A stretch of 64,000 nt of DNA from Octopus vulgaris (taxonomy: Eukaryota), in the NCBI GenBank assembly GCA_951406725.2, contig OX597829.1, forward strand, positions 17,174,001 through 17,238,000. The letters are read 5' to 3'. Both the position numbers and the translations under genes were made by a program. A model generated the notes under the pieces. That model worked only from the letters and a program-made list of their open reading frames with translations, was not told the origin of the DNA and ran no database searches. Positions 27,130-42,426 of the stretch are shown in pieces. Numbering within the stretch: position 1 is the stretch's first letter; every line of letters starts with the position of its first letter.

Positions 27130-28168
27130 TAGATAAATTTAGATATGTTTCGACCAAAGATTGGTCCAGGCCATCTCTAACTTAATAGCACCACCTGATA
27201 GGATTATTCGAATCCTGTTTAAGTCAAGTTTTGTTTATGGTCCATTCAAGTAGTAAGTTTTTGTTGGGTGAGTTGTATCCAATTATGGGTGGCTTATCTG
27301 GTATTCCTTGAAGGAATCTATCCAGACTCCGTTTAAAGTTGATGGGATCCTTTTCCTCTTTGATCCCTTTCGGGACAATGTTAAATAGGGCAGGGCCTGT
27401 TGAGGAAAAGAAACTATGTTGCAGTGTACATGTATGCTGTGATCTGGAATTGGGCAGGGGACGTATGGCCCGTGGTCCCAGTCTTGGATGAACCTTGAAG
27501 CTAATGTTCAGGTCGTTTGGGCAAAGTTGGCGGTATATTCTCCACATCGTACAAAGGATGTACCGCTCACGGCGACGCTGGAGAGAGTAGAGTTTCAAGG
27601 CTTTAAGGCGATCCCAATAATCGAGAGCAGCCATGCCTTCAATTCGTTTAGTGAGTGCCCTCGGGGTGATTCAATCCTCGAGATGTTTTGTCTTGTATGG
27701 GGAGACCACAGTGGGCAGCAGTATTCGAGGTGTGGCCGTACAAAGGAGGAGAAAAGTGGTATGATGACACCTTGTTCTCTGGACCGGAAAGTTCTTAAGA
27801 TCCAAGAACTCATCCTACGAGCTATATCGACCTTCTTGTTGATGTGTGCACTCCAACTGAGATCGTCATCAACAATTACACCCAGATCTCTGATATTGTT
27901 AGAGGCTGTGAGCGGTTCCCCTGAAGGAAGAGAGTATGGCTGTTTTAGTGAGGAATTTCTTCCAAAATGCATCAGCTCAAATTTTCCCTCGTTCAGTTGC
28001 ATTTTGTTTCTGTCTGCCCATTGACTCACAGCATATAGATCAGACTGGAGTTGAGTTCGGTCTGCTTCTTCATTCACGATTTGCTGGAGCTTAGTGTCAT
28101 CAGCAAATATTTTCACTTTGCAGTAATGTACGATACTGGAAAGGTCGTTTATGTAAATTATGAAGAGT
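27130..28168 (-). mobile_element. CR1-group LINE, 5'-truncated RT C-terminal half plus 3' UTR
   Basis: LFIIYINDL..KIFADDTKL..LQSDL..DLGVIVDDDLSWSAHI..VRPHLEYCCPLWSP, then a frameshift to YWDRLKALKLYSLQRRRERY. Confidence 0.93.
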
Positions 28169-28702
28169 ATATATATGTGTGTATATGTGTGTATGTATAT
28201 GTATGTATAGATGTGTGTGTATAGACATGTATATGTATGTATATGTATGTATGCATGTATGTATGCATGTATGTATGTATGTATGTATGTATGTATGTAT
28301 GTATGTATGTATGTATGTATGTATGTATGTATATGTGTATGTATGTATATGTATAGATATGTGTGTATGGACAGGTCTCTGCGGGTAAGTGTGTGTATAT
28401 GTATACATACATACTTACATACACACACATACACACATACACAGCCACATACACATGATATACATATCGACAGATACACAGATAAAGATATGTATATAAA
28501 GAGATATACATATAGGAATGCACATTGTTATATATATATATATATATACATACAAACATACACACACATATATATGTTTATGTATATGTTTATGTGGGTC
28601 TGCATGTATGTATACAAATATATATAAATGCAAATATATGCGTGCATGTACGTACATGTATACGTGTGTGTGTACATGTATACGTTTGTGTGTACATGTA
28701 TA

Positions 28703-28780
<78 letters not shown>

Positions 28781-29240
28781 TTTCTGTGTGTATGCAAATG
28801 AACATGTACGTCTTTATAACCGAATGTACGGTAGCTGTTATAACATTGTATTTGTGAAAGCAACCAGAAAGATGTCGCTACATATATCTCACTTCTATAA
28901 ATGGTCAACAATGGTAAACATTTCTTTTCTGAAAGATTTTCGCTGTTTTATTTACATGTTTTAACAAAACCTTACAGGGGTGGCGGCTGGGGGCGCCACA
29001 AGTATCATCTTTATTTCCTTCCTTCTTTTTTTTTCTTTCCTACTTTCCCACTTCTGTTGCTGTTTCTTTCACTCCTTATTTCTTTTCCATCCTTATTATC
29101 TTCTTCTTTTCTCTCCTTGTGCGTGTGTGTGTCTATGCTTAAAACATGTATATATATGTCAATGAGGTCTGTTTCTATGTGTATCAATGTGACTGTTTGA
29201 CTGACTGACAATCCATCCATCCATCCATCCATCTATCTCT

Positions 29241-29449
<209 letters not shown>

Positions 29450-29531
29450 CATCTATCTATCTTACTAACTATATCCATGTTTGAATATATGCATGTACAG
29501 TAAAACATACACACACACATGTATCTTGCAA

Positions 29532-29601
<70 letters not shown>

Positions 29602-29858
29602 AGTACATGTGTGTGCGCGTGCATGTGCATGCCAGAAATTTTTTCTTTGATAATAACCTTCCATAAAATATTCTGTTTTTGTAGTACACTGTGTTACTGT
29701 TGATTTTTCTGCTGCTCTTGGCTATGACATATGTTAGTTAAAACTGAACATAGAACCAGTAAACAATGAAAATAATGGCCGGAATGAAAGTCAGCAAACT
29801 CCAAAGAATCTAAGCCAAAATGAATGACATAATTATATATATATTATATATATGACGT

Positions 29859-29908
<50 letters not shown>

Positions 29909-30125
29909 ATTATTAATAGTTAGGGAATGTAATAATTCCAAGCGAACAGGGGAAAAAATATCAATTTCGCCCCACTAAATCAAAATTCACAGAATTTAGA
30001 GAAAAACCACTATTTATTTATTCCATCAATAGTGAAAAGATACTATCTATAATAACCACATAGAAATTAATTAAATATCTTATAATTTTTATTCTAAAAG
30101 TCTCATAACAAATCAAACATTAAAT

Positions 30126-30217
30126 CGACTACGCGCGTTTCATGACTAAATATATTAATCGATAATATTAAAATTTAATATGAATTCAATTTAATATATT
30201 CAGCACTCTTCGGGTCA
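30126..30217 (-). ncRNA. Hammerhead motif with long AU-rich stem II in a (TA)n-flanked insert 29905-30510
   Basis: ugac-CCGAAGA-GUGCUGAAUAUAUUAA...UUAAUAUAUUUAGUCAU-GAAA-CGCGCG-UA-gucg; palindromic stem III. Confidence 0.68.
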
Positions 30218-30504
30218 GAAAAAATAAATTTAGATATTATAATAAAACAATAAATATATGAATATATGTATATTAACAGTAAATAATTCAATAAAATTTA
30301 ACAATATTAATGTAAAGCAAATACATGACTTATCTTAATGAAGAAAACCAGTTAAAAAAAATTTTAATCTTTAAACTTACAATCTAGCGTTGTAAAATAA
30401 CCGATCTCCTTAATCTTGACGTAAACAATGAATATACAATAAGTATCTTTTCAGTATTGATGCAATAAATAAATTGATGGAAAAAGTAAATAAATAAATA
30501 AATA

Positions 30505-30543
<39 letters not shown>

Positions 30544-30639
30544 GTGTGTGTGTTACATGTGTACTTATGCATAAATTAATCATAAAAGTGAGGAAGACAT
30601 AAATTATATTCAAGATGCCCCCCAAAATTTGACATCATT

Positions 30640-31240
30640 TGAGATGTCCGTATCGGAGTGACTACATGGTCAAGAGAAATGAAAATTTATATGTTTAATT
30701 TTGAACATAAAATTTATTCTACAGATTTCCAATGAAAATTCTGAGACAATTTTATAATGTTCCAAAGCTTTCACGGTTCTTTGAAATGGCGCAGAACACA
30801 ATCACGTTTGGTGAGTCCCTCTCGTGTTCAGTTTTGTCATGTGGATTTTCTTCGCCACAAATCAGAACATTTTGCTTGTTCACTTTCGTATGGAATATGG
30901 TCTCGTCGCTGAAAACAAGATAGTCTTCAATATTGTCATTTTCAAGTTTCTCTTGCATATCTTCACAGAACGTTTTACGTTTTTGCTTATCAACCGGCTT
31001 TAAAGCTGACGCCTGTAAGGGGTCAGCCGCAAACATTTCTTATGACACACCAAACAGCTGACCTGGGGATCCGCATTTCCAGGCTTGCTCTTCGCACAGA
31101 TTTTTTTGGACTCCGACTAAGTGTTTTCCCAAATTGGTTCGCCATCTCTTCTGGGACTGTTGGCCGTCCAGATCCCTTTTTTCCGACACAAACAGACTTC
31201 TTCTTGAAACTTCTTATGCTTCGTCCAAATCTCGTGAATT
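30640..31240 (-). mobile_element. Tc1/mariner-superfamily transposase pseudogene fragment
   Basis: KKGSGRPTV..SRSPKKSVRRASLEM-IPRSAVW; LKPVDKQKRKTFC..LVFSDETIFH..VNKQNV.I.GEENPH (HTH linker and first catalytic D). Confidence 0.88.
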
Positions 31241-31489
31241 CATGTGAATAAAACAAGGAATAAATGAATCAAGGAACGTTACTCTTGGGTTCCATCTTTT
31301 GGATATTTGTTTCCCTTGGGAAAATTGTTGTGTGGTCAATTTGCTTACATTATTTTATTTTTGTTCTGGGTATGGTGTTTTTATATACATGTGCTGAAGT
31401 AGTTCGTCATTGGGGCGTATTTCTTTGTGTGGAGTTTGTAAGCTATGTGTGTTCAGATTTCATGTTTAGGAAAGGGACTGTTCTGGTAG

Positions 31490-31775
31490 GATTACTGTCG
31501 CAGACAGTGGCTCTTCTTTGAAATTTTTGAGTGTAAAATATTGTTTGTGCATGCAGGGATAGGAGGTTTCGTCCCGAATGTTTAGGATATTATCTGTTGA
31601 TAGTATACTGTTAAATTTACAGTAATACAGAGTTCACATTTGGTACCCCATCCTCTGTATTTTTTGGCTTTAACAATAATTTTCTATTCTATCTGGATTT
31701 GCTTATTCCACCTTCTTTCAATGTCCATATCATATTTGACAGGAATGTTGCATATTTTTTTAATTTTTGTTTTTA
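31490..31775 (-). mobile_element. Penelope-like element GIY-YIG endonuclease C-terminus, degenerate
   Basis: Across frameshifts: ATFLSNMIWTLKE..IE*KIIVKAKKY..KCELCIT..NILNIRDETSYPCMHKQYFTL, matching the T-LS-IW-LK..I-W-I..Y..C-LC..LN-R-E..C-H pattern of PLE endonucleases. Confidence 0.75.
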
Positions 31776-32118
31776 ATGACGCACACCTATATATAATTTT
31801 ACCGTATATAAATATACATATATATTTTACTTTATATAAACATGCATACATATAAATATGTACATTTTACTTCGTATAAATATACACACATATATATATA
31901 TGCATACATATATTAATTTATATACATAACATACATACATATCTTTCCTTGTTTCAGTGATTAGACAGAGACCATGCTGGAGCACACCCTGAAGTACTTG
32001 TGATTTTAAGTCTGGTATGCTACGGGAACGTAAAAACACCAACACTGGTTTTCAGACGGTGAGGGAAGACAAACACATACACAGGCACACGCACATACAA
32101 ACACACACGCACGCACGC

Positions 32119-32175
<57 letters not shown>

Positions 32176-32444
32176 TACATGTGAGTGTGCCTATCGGTGC
32201 ATTAAATAATAAGTTCCAAAGTTTAAACCGAAAAACAACAAAGGGACAAACGGAAAACTCACACACAAGACTTGTGCTCGTTCTTCGTCAGTTATCGTCT
32301 AAAAGATCTTTTCAATTTCAGGCCTTTAAGGGATGATCCTTTTCACTTTTCCAGAAGCTGCAGCGGACAGCGAGCGAACGTTGGGGACATTGACGAAAAC
32401 AAACAAAACACAAAGGTGAATATACAAACAAAATAAAATGAGCG

Positions 32445-33190
<746 letters not shown>

Positions 33191-33889
33191 TGCTATATAC
33201 AACAATATACAAACAAAATATAGCCGTACGGCTTTGAGATGAGATGAATATATGGCTTACACAAAGGAAATGAATCTACCCTATAGGACTTGAAACAAAA
33301 AAGGGAAACGATGGATAAACATAATGAAAGGTGAAAAAATTGTATATGAAAAAAAAAGAACGGTTAAAAAACAAACAAACAAACCATGCTGAAAGTAGGG
33401 AAGAGTGCGAAGGAAAGGCAACTGAATGAGTCAGGGGTCATGTAAAAAAGGAAATAGAAGAGGGAGATGGGAATGGTCATGGGTCACGTGGTAGGAAACA
33501 GAAGGCGCGGTGGCGGGCAGAGAGACAGAAAGCAACAGAGAAGTTGGTAAGAGAGGGAAGGAGAAAGAGAGAAAGATAGAGGAAGGCAAAAAAAAAAAAA
33601 TAGAGAGAGTGGATACGCAGACAGCTCGATAGACGGAAATTTCTGTCAGAAATAAATTGCAATTAAATAATAACAATGATTATTATTATTATTTCAAATA
33701 TTTTCCACAAGAGCAATTTGGGGGACGTGGGGATGAGTCGATTACATCGATTTCAACATTCAACTAATACTTATTTATTTATCGACCCTGAAACGATGAA
33801 AGGTAGAGTTGACCTCGGAGGAATTTGAACTCAGAACGTAAAGACGGTCGAACCCGGTGTGCCAACGAATCTTCTAGGTCACAGCCTTA

Positions 33890-33932
<43 letters not shown>

Positions 33933-33967
33933 TTAATAATAATAATAATGATAATAATAATAATAAT

Positions 33968-34686
33968 AAAGCAGAGACAGAGGGATTTTTAATTGCAGCA
34001 CAAGACCAAAGCCTCCCCACCAGAAATTACCAAAAACATGTAATGAAAAGAAATATAACAAGTAACTGCAGAATATGTGGAGATGGACAAGAAACAATAA
34101 ATCATATTATCTCTGGCTGCCCAGTCCTGGCTAAGAAGGAATACATTCACAGACATGACAGAGTTGGAACCTACATACACTGGAAGCTATGCCAACATTA
34201 TGGAATAACAACAGAAAACGAGAAAGCAACCATACTCTGGGATATGCCGATACACACAGATAGAGAAATTAAAGCCAACAGACCAGATATAGTTGTCAGA
34301 GATCATGAAGAAAAAAAAATGCTTTCTAATTGATGTATCAATACCGGCAGATGACAACATGTCTCTAAAAGAAATGGAGAAACTTTCAAAATACAAAGAC
34401 CTGGAAATAGAGGTAGCCAGAATGTGAAATCTAAAAACAGAAACAATTCCTATCATAATAGGTGCATTAGGCATGATAAAAAAAATATTCAGACAAATAC
34501 ATAACAAAAACAGGACTTACAAACACATATAACATACAGAAAATTGCACTACTAGGCACTGCACACATCCTACGCAGAACACAATACAATAACCATCAGA
34601 GCATCACAACAAATCACAGCACATACCTAAGGCACACAGAGCTGCGCTCGGTAGTGAAGTGAAAGCACGCTATAAAAATAAAACTA

Positions 34687-34690
<4 letters not shown>
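33968..34690 (+). mobile_element. R4/Dong-type non-LTR retrotransposon 3' end (CCHC knuckle plus restriction-like endonuclease) in (TAA)n
   Basis: CRICGDGQETINHIISGCPVLA..YIHRHD..ILWD..IKANRPDIVV..LIDVSIP..KE.EK..KY..PIIIGALG; (AAT)n on both sides. Confidence 0.92.
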
Positions 34691-34754
<64 letters not shown>

Positions 34755-34756
<2 letters not shown>

Positions 34757-35301
34757 CAGTACTAGACAGTGGCTCTCATGGCTTCTGATCTTAACTGATT
34801 GGAAGTGTTATCATGTACATTGTTTTGTCTTGGTATAAAATACAGGCTACAGCAAATATTCTGCTCAATACCACAGATTTGCTTGTCAGTTGTTTGACCT
34901 TAACCAGTTGAGCATGTCCCTTAGTGGCTGACGATATGTGCATCTCTGATCACGAGCAGAAGTAGTGGGGGAGCATCATAGCCATGTGTTGAGAGGGATT
35001 CTTTGGGGTTTGAATAATTCACCTCTGGAAACATGGGTGGTTCTTTCAACATCCTTAAACAACCCTTATTCTGGGACCTTTTGAGCAGGATGGGTTACTC
35101 GACCTGAAGAAAATTCTAACTGGGCCCCACCTGTATAGTTATGCGCTGTTTATCTTGATATGAGATCACCATGTCGCGCACATATGGTTGTGGTGCATGT
35201 GCCTGGTGTATCCTTATCAGACGGGTAGTCATGATGGGTATATTGGGCTTCGTATATTCTACCCCTGTGTCACTTTGACGGCATGCACTGCTCTCTCACT
35301 C
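34755..35301 (+). mobile_element. Second copy of the ~550-bp (AAT)n-embedded non-coding element
   Basis: Reverse complement of 12312-12860. Confidence 0.8.
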
Positions 35302-36235
35302 AATAATGATAACAACAACAACAACAACAATAATAATAATTGGTTTCGAAGTTTGGCACAAGGCTCGGAATTTCAGGAATGTGGGTAAGTCGGTGGCATT
35401 GACCCCAGTGCCCAACTGGTACTTATTTCATCGCCCGCGAATGTAAGAAAGGCGAAGTCGATCTCTGCGGAATTTGAACTCATAACGTAAAAATGAATAT
35501 GGCACTAAGTATTCTGCCCGGCTTGCTGACAATTTTGTCAAGAAGAAGAAGAAAAGAAGAAGAAGAAGAAGAAGAAGAAGAAGAAGAAGAAGAAGAAGAA
35601 GAAGAAGAAGAAGAAGAAGAAGAAGAAGAAGAAGAAGAAGAAGAAAGGGGAGGATGAGGAGGAGGTTGACGAGAGAAAGATGAAGAAACAGGAGTGAAGA
35701 GAGGTCGGCGATGACGAGAAAAATAAGAAGAGGGAAAGACGGGGAGGAGGGGAAGGAGAAAGAAGAAAACGAAGAAGAAAGAGAAGACATGAAAGAAAAG
35801 GAAGAAAACAACAACAACAACAACAAGTGCGCAGAAACTGTTTCAGTATTTACATAGAAATGCTTAGAATTAGTCTTGGGGGAAAATTACTCAAAGACTA
35901 TGGAATGAACTCACTATCAATAAGAAGTTTTCTCTTTGATAATTTAATATGTGTGTAAGTGTGTGTGTATGTGTGTGTATTTTAATGAAATTACTCTTAT
36001 TTCAATATGATCTAATATTTAGTACAAAGATATTCCAGACATTTATTGGCAGAAATACTGCAGAGTCGGACAAAAATTCTTCGTCGTATTCAATTTCGGC
36101 CGTTCACGTCCTCAGTTCAAAATTATTTTAGGTTCAATATATGGTTTTTTTTTTAATCCTTCCAGAGGTTGATAACCTAAAGAAGCTCTCAAGTTCTGGG
36201 AGGGTCACTATAACAAACGTTAAACCTCCTTAAAG

Positions 36236-36274
<39 letters not shown>

Positions 36275-36614
36275 GATGTCATTTGTGTATGTTGTATAAA
36301 TCAAGGAGCGGTGGATGCGCAATTTAATTAGAGCGTTGCGGTGTTCAGTTACAGCATTTCCTATTCTGAGTTCAAATCTCGCTGAGATCACCCGAATGAA
36401 GCTTCTAAATCTTTCAGCGTTGATATATATATAAATTCTAATAGCAGCATCGATACAATAAAGTGTATTTCTCAACAGTCACTTGTCGATACAAACACAA
36501 CATATCAGCCATTTATGGTTACCACCCAGTGCTGCGCATAACAGCCAATTGACTGTATATGAAATGGTAAATTTGCAAAATCATATCTTTTGCTACCTCC
36601 AAAACAGCTGCTGC

Positions 36615-37003
36615 TTGTTTGTTTGTTTGTTTGTTGAGCGAAGCGGTCCTCGTCCCAGAGATCTGTAGTGGGAGAAGTCCGAAACGTGGTCCTTTGCTAT
36701 TCGTAAGACCCGCAGAAGAAAAAGCAGGTCAACCCCCGATACCGAGAGCATCGACGGATGGATGAATGTGCATCCAGGCTCAGCGGTTGCGTAGGATGTC
36801 ATGGACAAGAAACAGGAAGAAAGAGTGAGAGAAAGTTGGGACGAAAGAGTACAACAGGGGTCGCCACCACCCCCTGCCGGAGCCTCGTAGAGCTTTGGGT
36901 GTTTTCGCTCAATAAACACACACAGCGCCCGGTCTGGGAATCGAAACCGCGATCCTCCGACTGTGAGTCCGCTGCCCTAACCACTGGGCCATTGCGCCTC
37001 CAC
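36615..37003 (-). mobile_element. SINE family C, tail type ending (CAAA)n
   Basis: Head gtggaggcgcaatggcccagtggttagggcagcggac; same tail as 62482-62885. Confidence 0.85.
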
Positions 37004-37029
37004 TGCTGCTGCTGCTGATCATCATCATC

Positions 37030-38560
37030 ATCATTATCGACATCCTTTCTTCTCTGGATATAAGTTCTAAAATTTTTTTAGTAGAGAGTGCTAATCGATT
37101 ACATTTACTCCAGTGTTCGACTGGTACTCAATTTATCGACCACCGAAAGAATGTAAAACAAAGTTGACCTCGGCAGAATTTAAACTTAGAACATAAAGAC
37201 CGACGAAATACCACTAAGCTTTTTGTTCGACGCGCTAACGATTTTGCCAGCTCGCCGTCTTAACGATAACAATAACAATTTCATATTTTAGCACAAGGCC
37301 AACAGTTGGGCGGTAGGGGTTAAATCGATTACATCGACCCCAGTAATCAGTTGGTACTTATTTTATCAAACCCTTGCAAAAAGAAAGGTAATGTCGACCT
37401 CGGCAGAATTTGAATTCTGAATCTAAAAAAGTTAAGGATTTCGCCCAGATACACGAATGGATAATATATTGGTTTCAAATTTTGGAAATTTTTACGAAAG
37501 ATTTAAGTCAATTACATTCACCATAGTGTTAAACTGGTACTTATCTAATCGATCTTGAAAGTATAAAAGACAAAGTCGACCTCGGCAGAATTTGAACTCA
37601 GAACGTAGTGACGGCCGAAATACCGCCGAGTATTTCGACCGGCTGCTAACGGTTTAGTCAGCTTGCTACCTGAATAATAATAATAATCCTGAAATTTGGG
37701 GGGAGGGGAACTAATCGATTATATCGACTCCAGTGTTTCACTGGTATTTAATTTATCAACCCCGAAAGGATGAAAGGCAAAGTCGACCTCGGTGTTATTT
37801 GAAATCAGAACATAGCGACGAGCGAAATACCTATTTATTTACTACCCACAAAGGGCTAAACACAGAGAGGATAAACAAGGACAGACAAACGGATTAAGTC
37901 GATTACATCGACCCCAGTACGTAACTGGTACTTAATTTATCGACCCCGAAAGGATGAAAGGCAAAGTCGACCTCGGCGGAATTTGAACACACAACGTAAC
38001 GACAGACGAAATACTGTAAAGCATTTCGACCGGCGTGCTAACGTTTCTGCCAGCTCGCCGCCTTTAATAAATATTAATAATAATTATTATTGTTTTTCAC
38101 TGAGGAAACAAGGTCAAGAGTTTTGAGAAGGTGATTTAGTCGATACCATCGAGTCTAGTTTTTGACCAGAATTGTATTTTAACCGCAATGGAAGGGCAAA
38201 AAACAAAGTTTAATTTCAGTGAGATTTGAACTCACAATGTAAAGGGTTGAAAAAATACCCCGAAGTATTTTGTCCGACGCTCTAACAGTTTTGCTAATTC
38301 GGGTCCTTCTTAAGAAATGTTTCTAATTTAGGTACAAGCCCAGTAACTTTAGTAGCAAGGGGTTGTGTCTCGATGCTATTAAATCCAGTAAATGACTAAT
38401 ATTTCACTTTATTGATCCCGAAAGGATGAAAGGAAGAGTTGTTGTACACGGTGTGAATTGAACACAGAGCGCAGAAACTCGGAAAAATTCGGTAGAGCTT
38501 TCAATCCGATGTCCTAACGACTTCGCCAAAAATATATTGCCTATTTTTAAGAAATGAAAT
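37030..38560 (-). mobile_element. Dense co-oriented cluster of ~7 SINE family A copies of differing divergence
   Basis: Repeated aaagtcgacctcggcagaatttgaactcaga cores near 37160, 37390, 37570, 37780, 37960, 38200, 38430. Confidence 0.8.
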
Positions 38561-38722
38561 TTTTTCTTTAAGTCTCAGAAGAATTCACTCGATATCCTAA
38601 CGAAAACATTTTATACCATCCACCCCTTAGACACGCAGTCACAATCAGATTCATATACGTAGTCTCTCATTCGTTCTATCGCCTTTCCTTTATATTTATT
38701 TTCTCTCCCCCTCTCTGTATAC

Positions 38723-38804
<82 letters not shown>

Positions 38805-39317
38805 TCGTTTGGGTGTGTATGGGTGCGTGCGTGGTAACGCAACTTCTGTGTATATATTCGTGTATGCTTGCAAAAGCGTGTTCAGATTATGTAAAAACAC
38901 GCCCACATGTATGTATATATGTATTTATGTATGCGTATGTGTAGATGCGTTTGTGTGTCTAAGTATATAACACAGAGTCAAGGACATAGCCAAAAGAGAA
39001 TTTTTGACGCACACACATATACACACATATTGTTTTTTTTTTAGTAGAATAACTTAAAAGTGCTCAATACACCATTTATTTAGAAGAGGGGAAAGTCTGA
39101 TTCAATAACGCTCAGTAAACAAGATTACAAATTCGAAAAAAAAATGCAAGGTCTCCTAAAATCATTTACTGTGTAAGTCTACTGCAAATATCGGAGAATC
39201 TATAATCGATAAGGTTTAAATGAAATTTTATTTTAGATACATAATTTTGTGTAATTTAATGTCATAAACGTTCCATAAAAAATTGACATCCATCCACACA
39301 GCCACTCCTGCGCCTGT

Positions 39318-39725
39318 CAGGAGTGGCTGTGTGGTAAGTAGCTTGTTCACCAACCACATAGTTCTGGATTCAGTCCCACTGCGTGGCATCTTGGGCAAGT
39401 GTCTTCTGCTATAGCCTCGGGCTGATCAAAGCCTTTTGAGTGGATTCGGTAGACGGAGACTGAAAGAAGCCCGTCGTATATATACATGTATATGTATATA
39501 TGTGTGTGTGCATTTGTGTGTCTGTGTTTGTCCCCCCCAACATCGCTTGACAACCGATGCTGGTGTGTTTACGCCCCTGTAAGTTAGCATTTCGGCAAAA
39601 GAGACCGATAGAATAAGTACTAGGCTTACAAAGAATAAGTCTCAGGGTCGATTTGCTCGACTAAAGGCGGTGCTCCAGCATGGCCGCAGTCAAATGACTG
39701 AAACAAGTAAAAGAGTAAAAAAGAG
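39318..39725 (+). mobile_element. SINE family B with inverted duplication of its 5' end
   Basis: Full family B body; ccacacagccactcctg (39294-39310) is the reverse complement of 39318-39334. Confidence 0.88.
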
Positions 39726-39847
39726 TATCCAGCTATACTTCATATGCACAGACATAAGTTCCCAAACACATACATAAACGCAAATGGGCATGTTTATTAC
39801 CCAGCATATTTGACTTCACACCAAGTCATTATTGTCTTTTGCATTTA

Positions 39848-40110
39848 AGGGGGCGAGCTGGCAGAATCGTTAGCGCGCTGGACGAAAATGCTTAGCGGCA
39901 TTTTGCCCGTTGGTACGTTCTGAGTTCAAATTCCGCCGAGGTCAACTTTGCCTTTCATCCATTTGGTTAAACACTGGTACGCTCTGAGTTAAAATTCCGC
40001 TGAGGTCGACTTTACCTTTCATCCATTCGGTTAAACACTGGAGCGGGGGGTCGATGCAATCATACCCTCCACCCCTAAATTGCTGCCCTTGTGGCAAAAT
40101 TTGAAACCGT
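39848..40110 (+). mobile_element. SINE family A with internal ~64-bp duplication
   Basis: Head ggggcgagctggcagaatcgttagc; tggtacg..ctgagtt..catccatt.ggttaaacactgg twice. Confidence 0.75.
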
Positions 40111-40196
40111 CATTGTCTTTAAACGTAACATATTTTTGAAGTTCCTTTATTTTCGTCATCCATTGTAAACATGTCACCTCAGACAATATATATATA

Positions 40197-41309
<1,113 letters not shown>

Positions 41310-41312
<3 letters not shown>

Positions 41313-42064
41313 CGCAGGAGTGGCTGTGTGGTAAGTAGCTTGCTAACCAACCACATGGTTCCGGGTTCAGTCCCACTGCGTGGCATCTTGGGCAAGTGTC
41401 TTCTGCTATAGCCCCGGGCCGACCAATGCCTTGTGAGTGGATTTGGTAGACGGAAACTGAAGACTGTCGTATATCTCTCTCTATATAAACGGCAGTTTGT
41501 CTGTGCGTTTTCTGTGTGTCTGTTTTCTCGTACCCTCACTCTGACCACGGCTTTCAACCGATTCTGATGAAACTTGACACACACATAGCCCAATGTCATA
41601 ATTCAAAACTAACGCAGCGAAAATTTTGAAAAGTTCCCCCAGTTCTGAAAAATCGATAAATTCGACATGGGGTCGAGAATCAGAAACCCAAACCACAGAC
41701 CGTCTAGGGGACGCAACTCCACCTTTTTTAACTCTCAAAAAAAATTTACCATCATTTTTTTCCCATTTTTTTGCTATTTTTGGCTATAACTCTCTAAAAA
41801 TGCTTTATAGTTATTTCCCTTACAAACCTGAGCAACGCCGGGCGATACTGCTAGTATGTATATATAAATATGTGTATGTGTGTGTGTGTTTGTGTGTCTG
41901 TGTTTGTCCTCCTAGCATTGCTTGACAACCGATAGAAAAAGAGACCGATAGAATAAGTACTGGGCTTACAAAGAATAAGTCCCGGGGTCGATTTGCTCGA
42001 CTAAAGGCGGTGCTCCAGCATGGCCACAGTCAAATGACTGAAACAAGTAAAAAGAGTAAAAGGA

Positions 42065-42065
<1 letters not shown>
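41310..42065 (+). mobile_element. SINE family B split by a nested Helentron-type element
   Basis: Head 41310-41470, tail 41857-42065. Confidence 0.85.
41472..41856 (-). mobile_element. Helentron-type non-autonomous element (HINE/DINE-like) nested in the SINE's internal microsatellite
   Basis: Ends gagcaacgccgggcgatactgctagta; other end tatataaa..gtctgtgcg..tgtctg, caaccgattctgatgaaacttgacac. Confidence 0.7.
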
Positions 42066-42104
<39 letters not shown>

Positions 42105-42391
42105 CGGGAAGCTTTATGAAAATAGACAAAAGACGAAGGCAGGTGGAAAACAAACAAAGTAAATAATAGTTTTAATGGTCTTTAAAAAACCAACAATTAT
42201 TTATGGGTAGATTTCGGCATGTAAATATAACAATTAACGGTAGGAACTTATAAAAAAGTTCAATATATTTTTTGTAAATAAATAAAAGGGGCAGGCAACA
42301 TTTTGTATTTTGTAGAAAATAGAAGTAAACAGTCTTTGACTGCTATTTCTAATTTTTCGGTATGTGGCTAAGCAACCTTTTGCCTGCCTCT

Positions 42392-42423
<32 letters not shown>

Positions 42424-42426
<3 letters not shown>

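Noticed and set aside
36661-36696. CTGTAGT-GGGA-gaag-TCC-GAAACGTGGTC (also ~62543-62575), hammerhead-like in a SINE C tail antisense
   Set aside because: Core deviates at several positions, differs between the two copies, and stem I cannot pair
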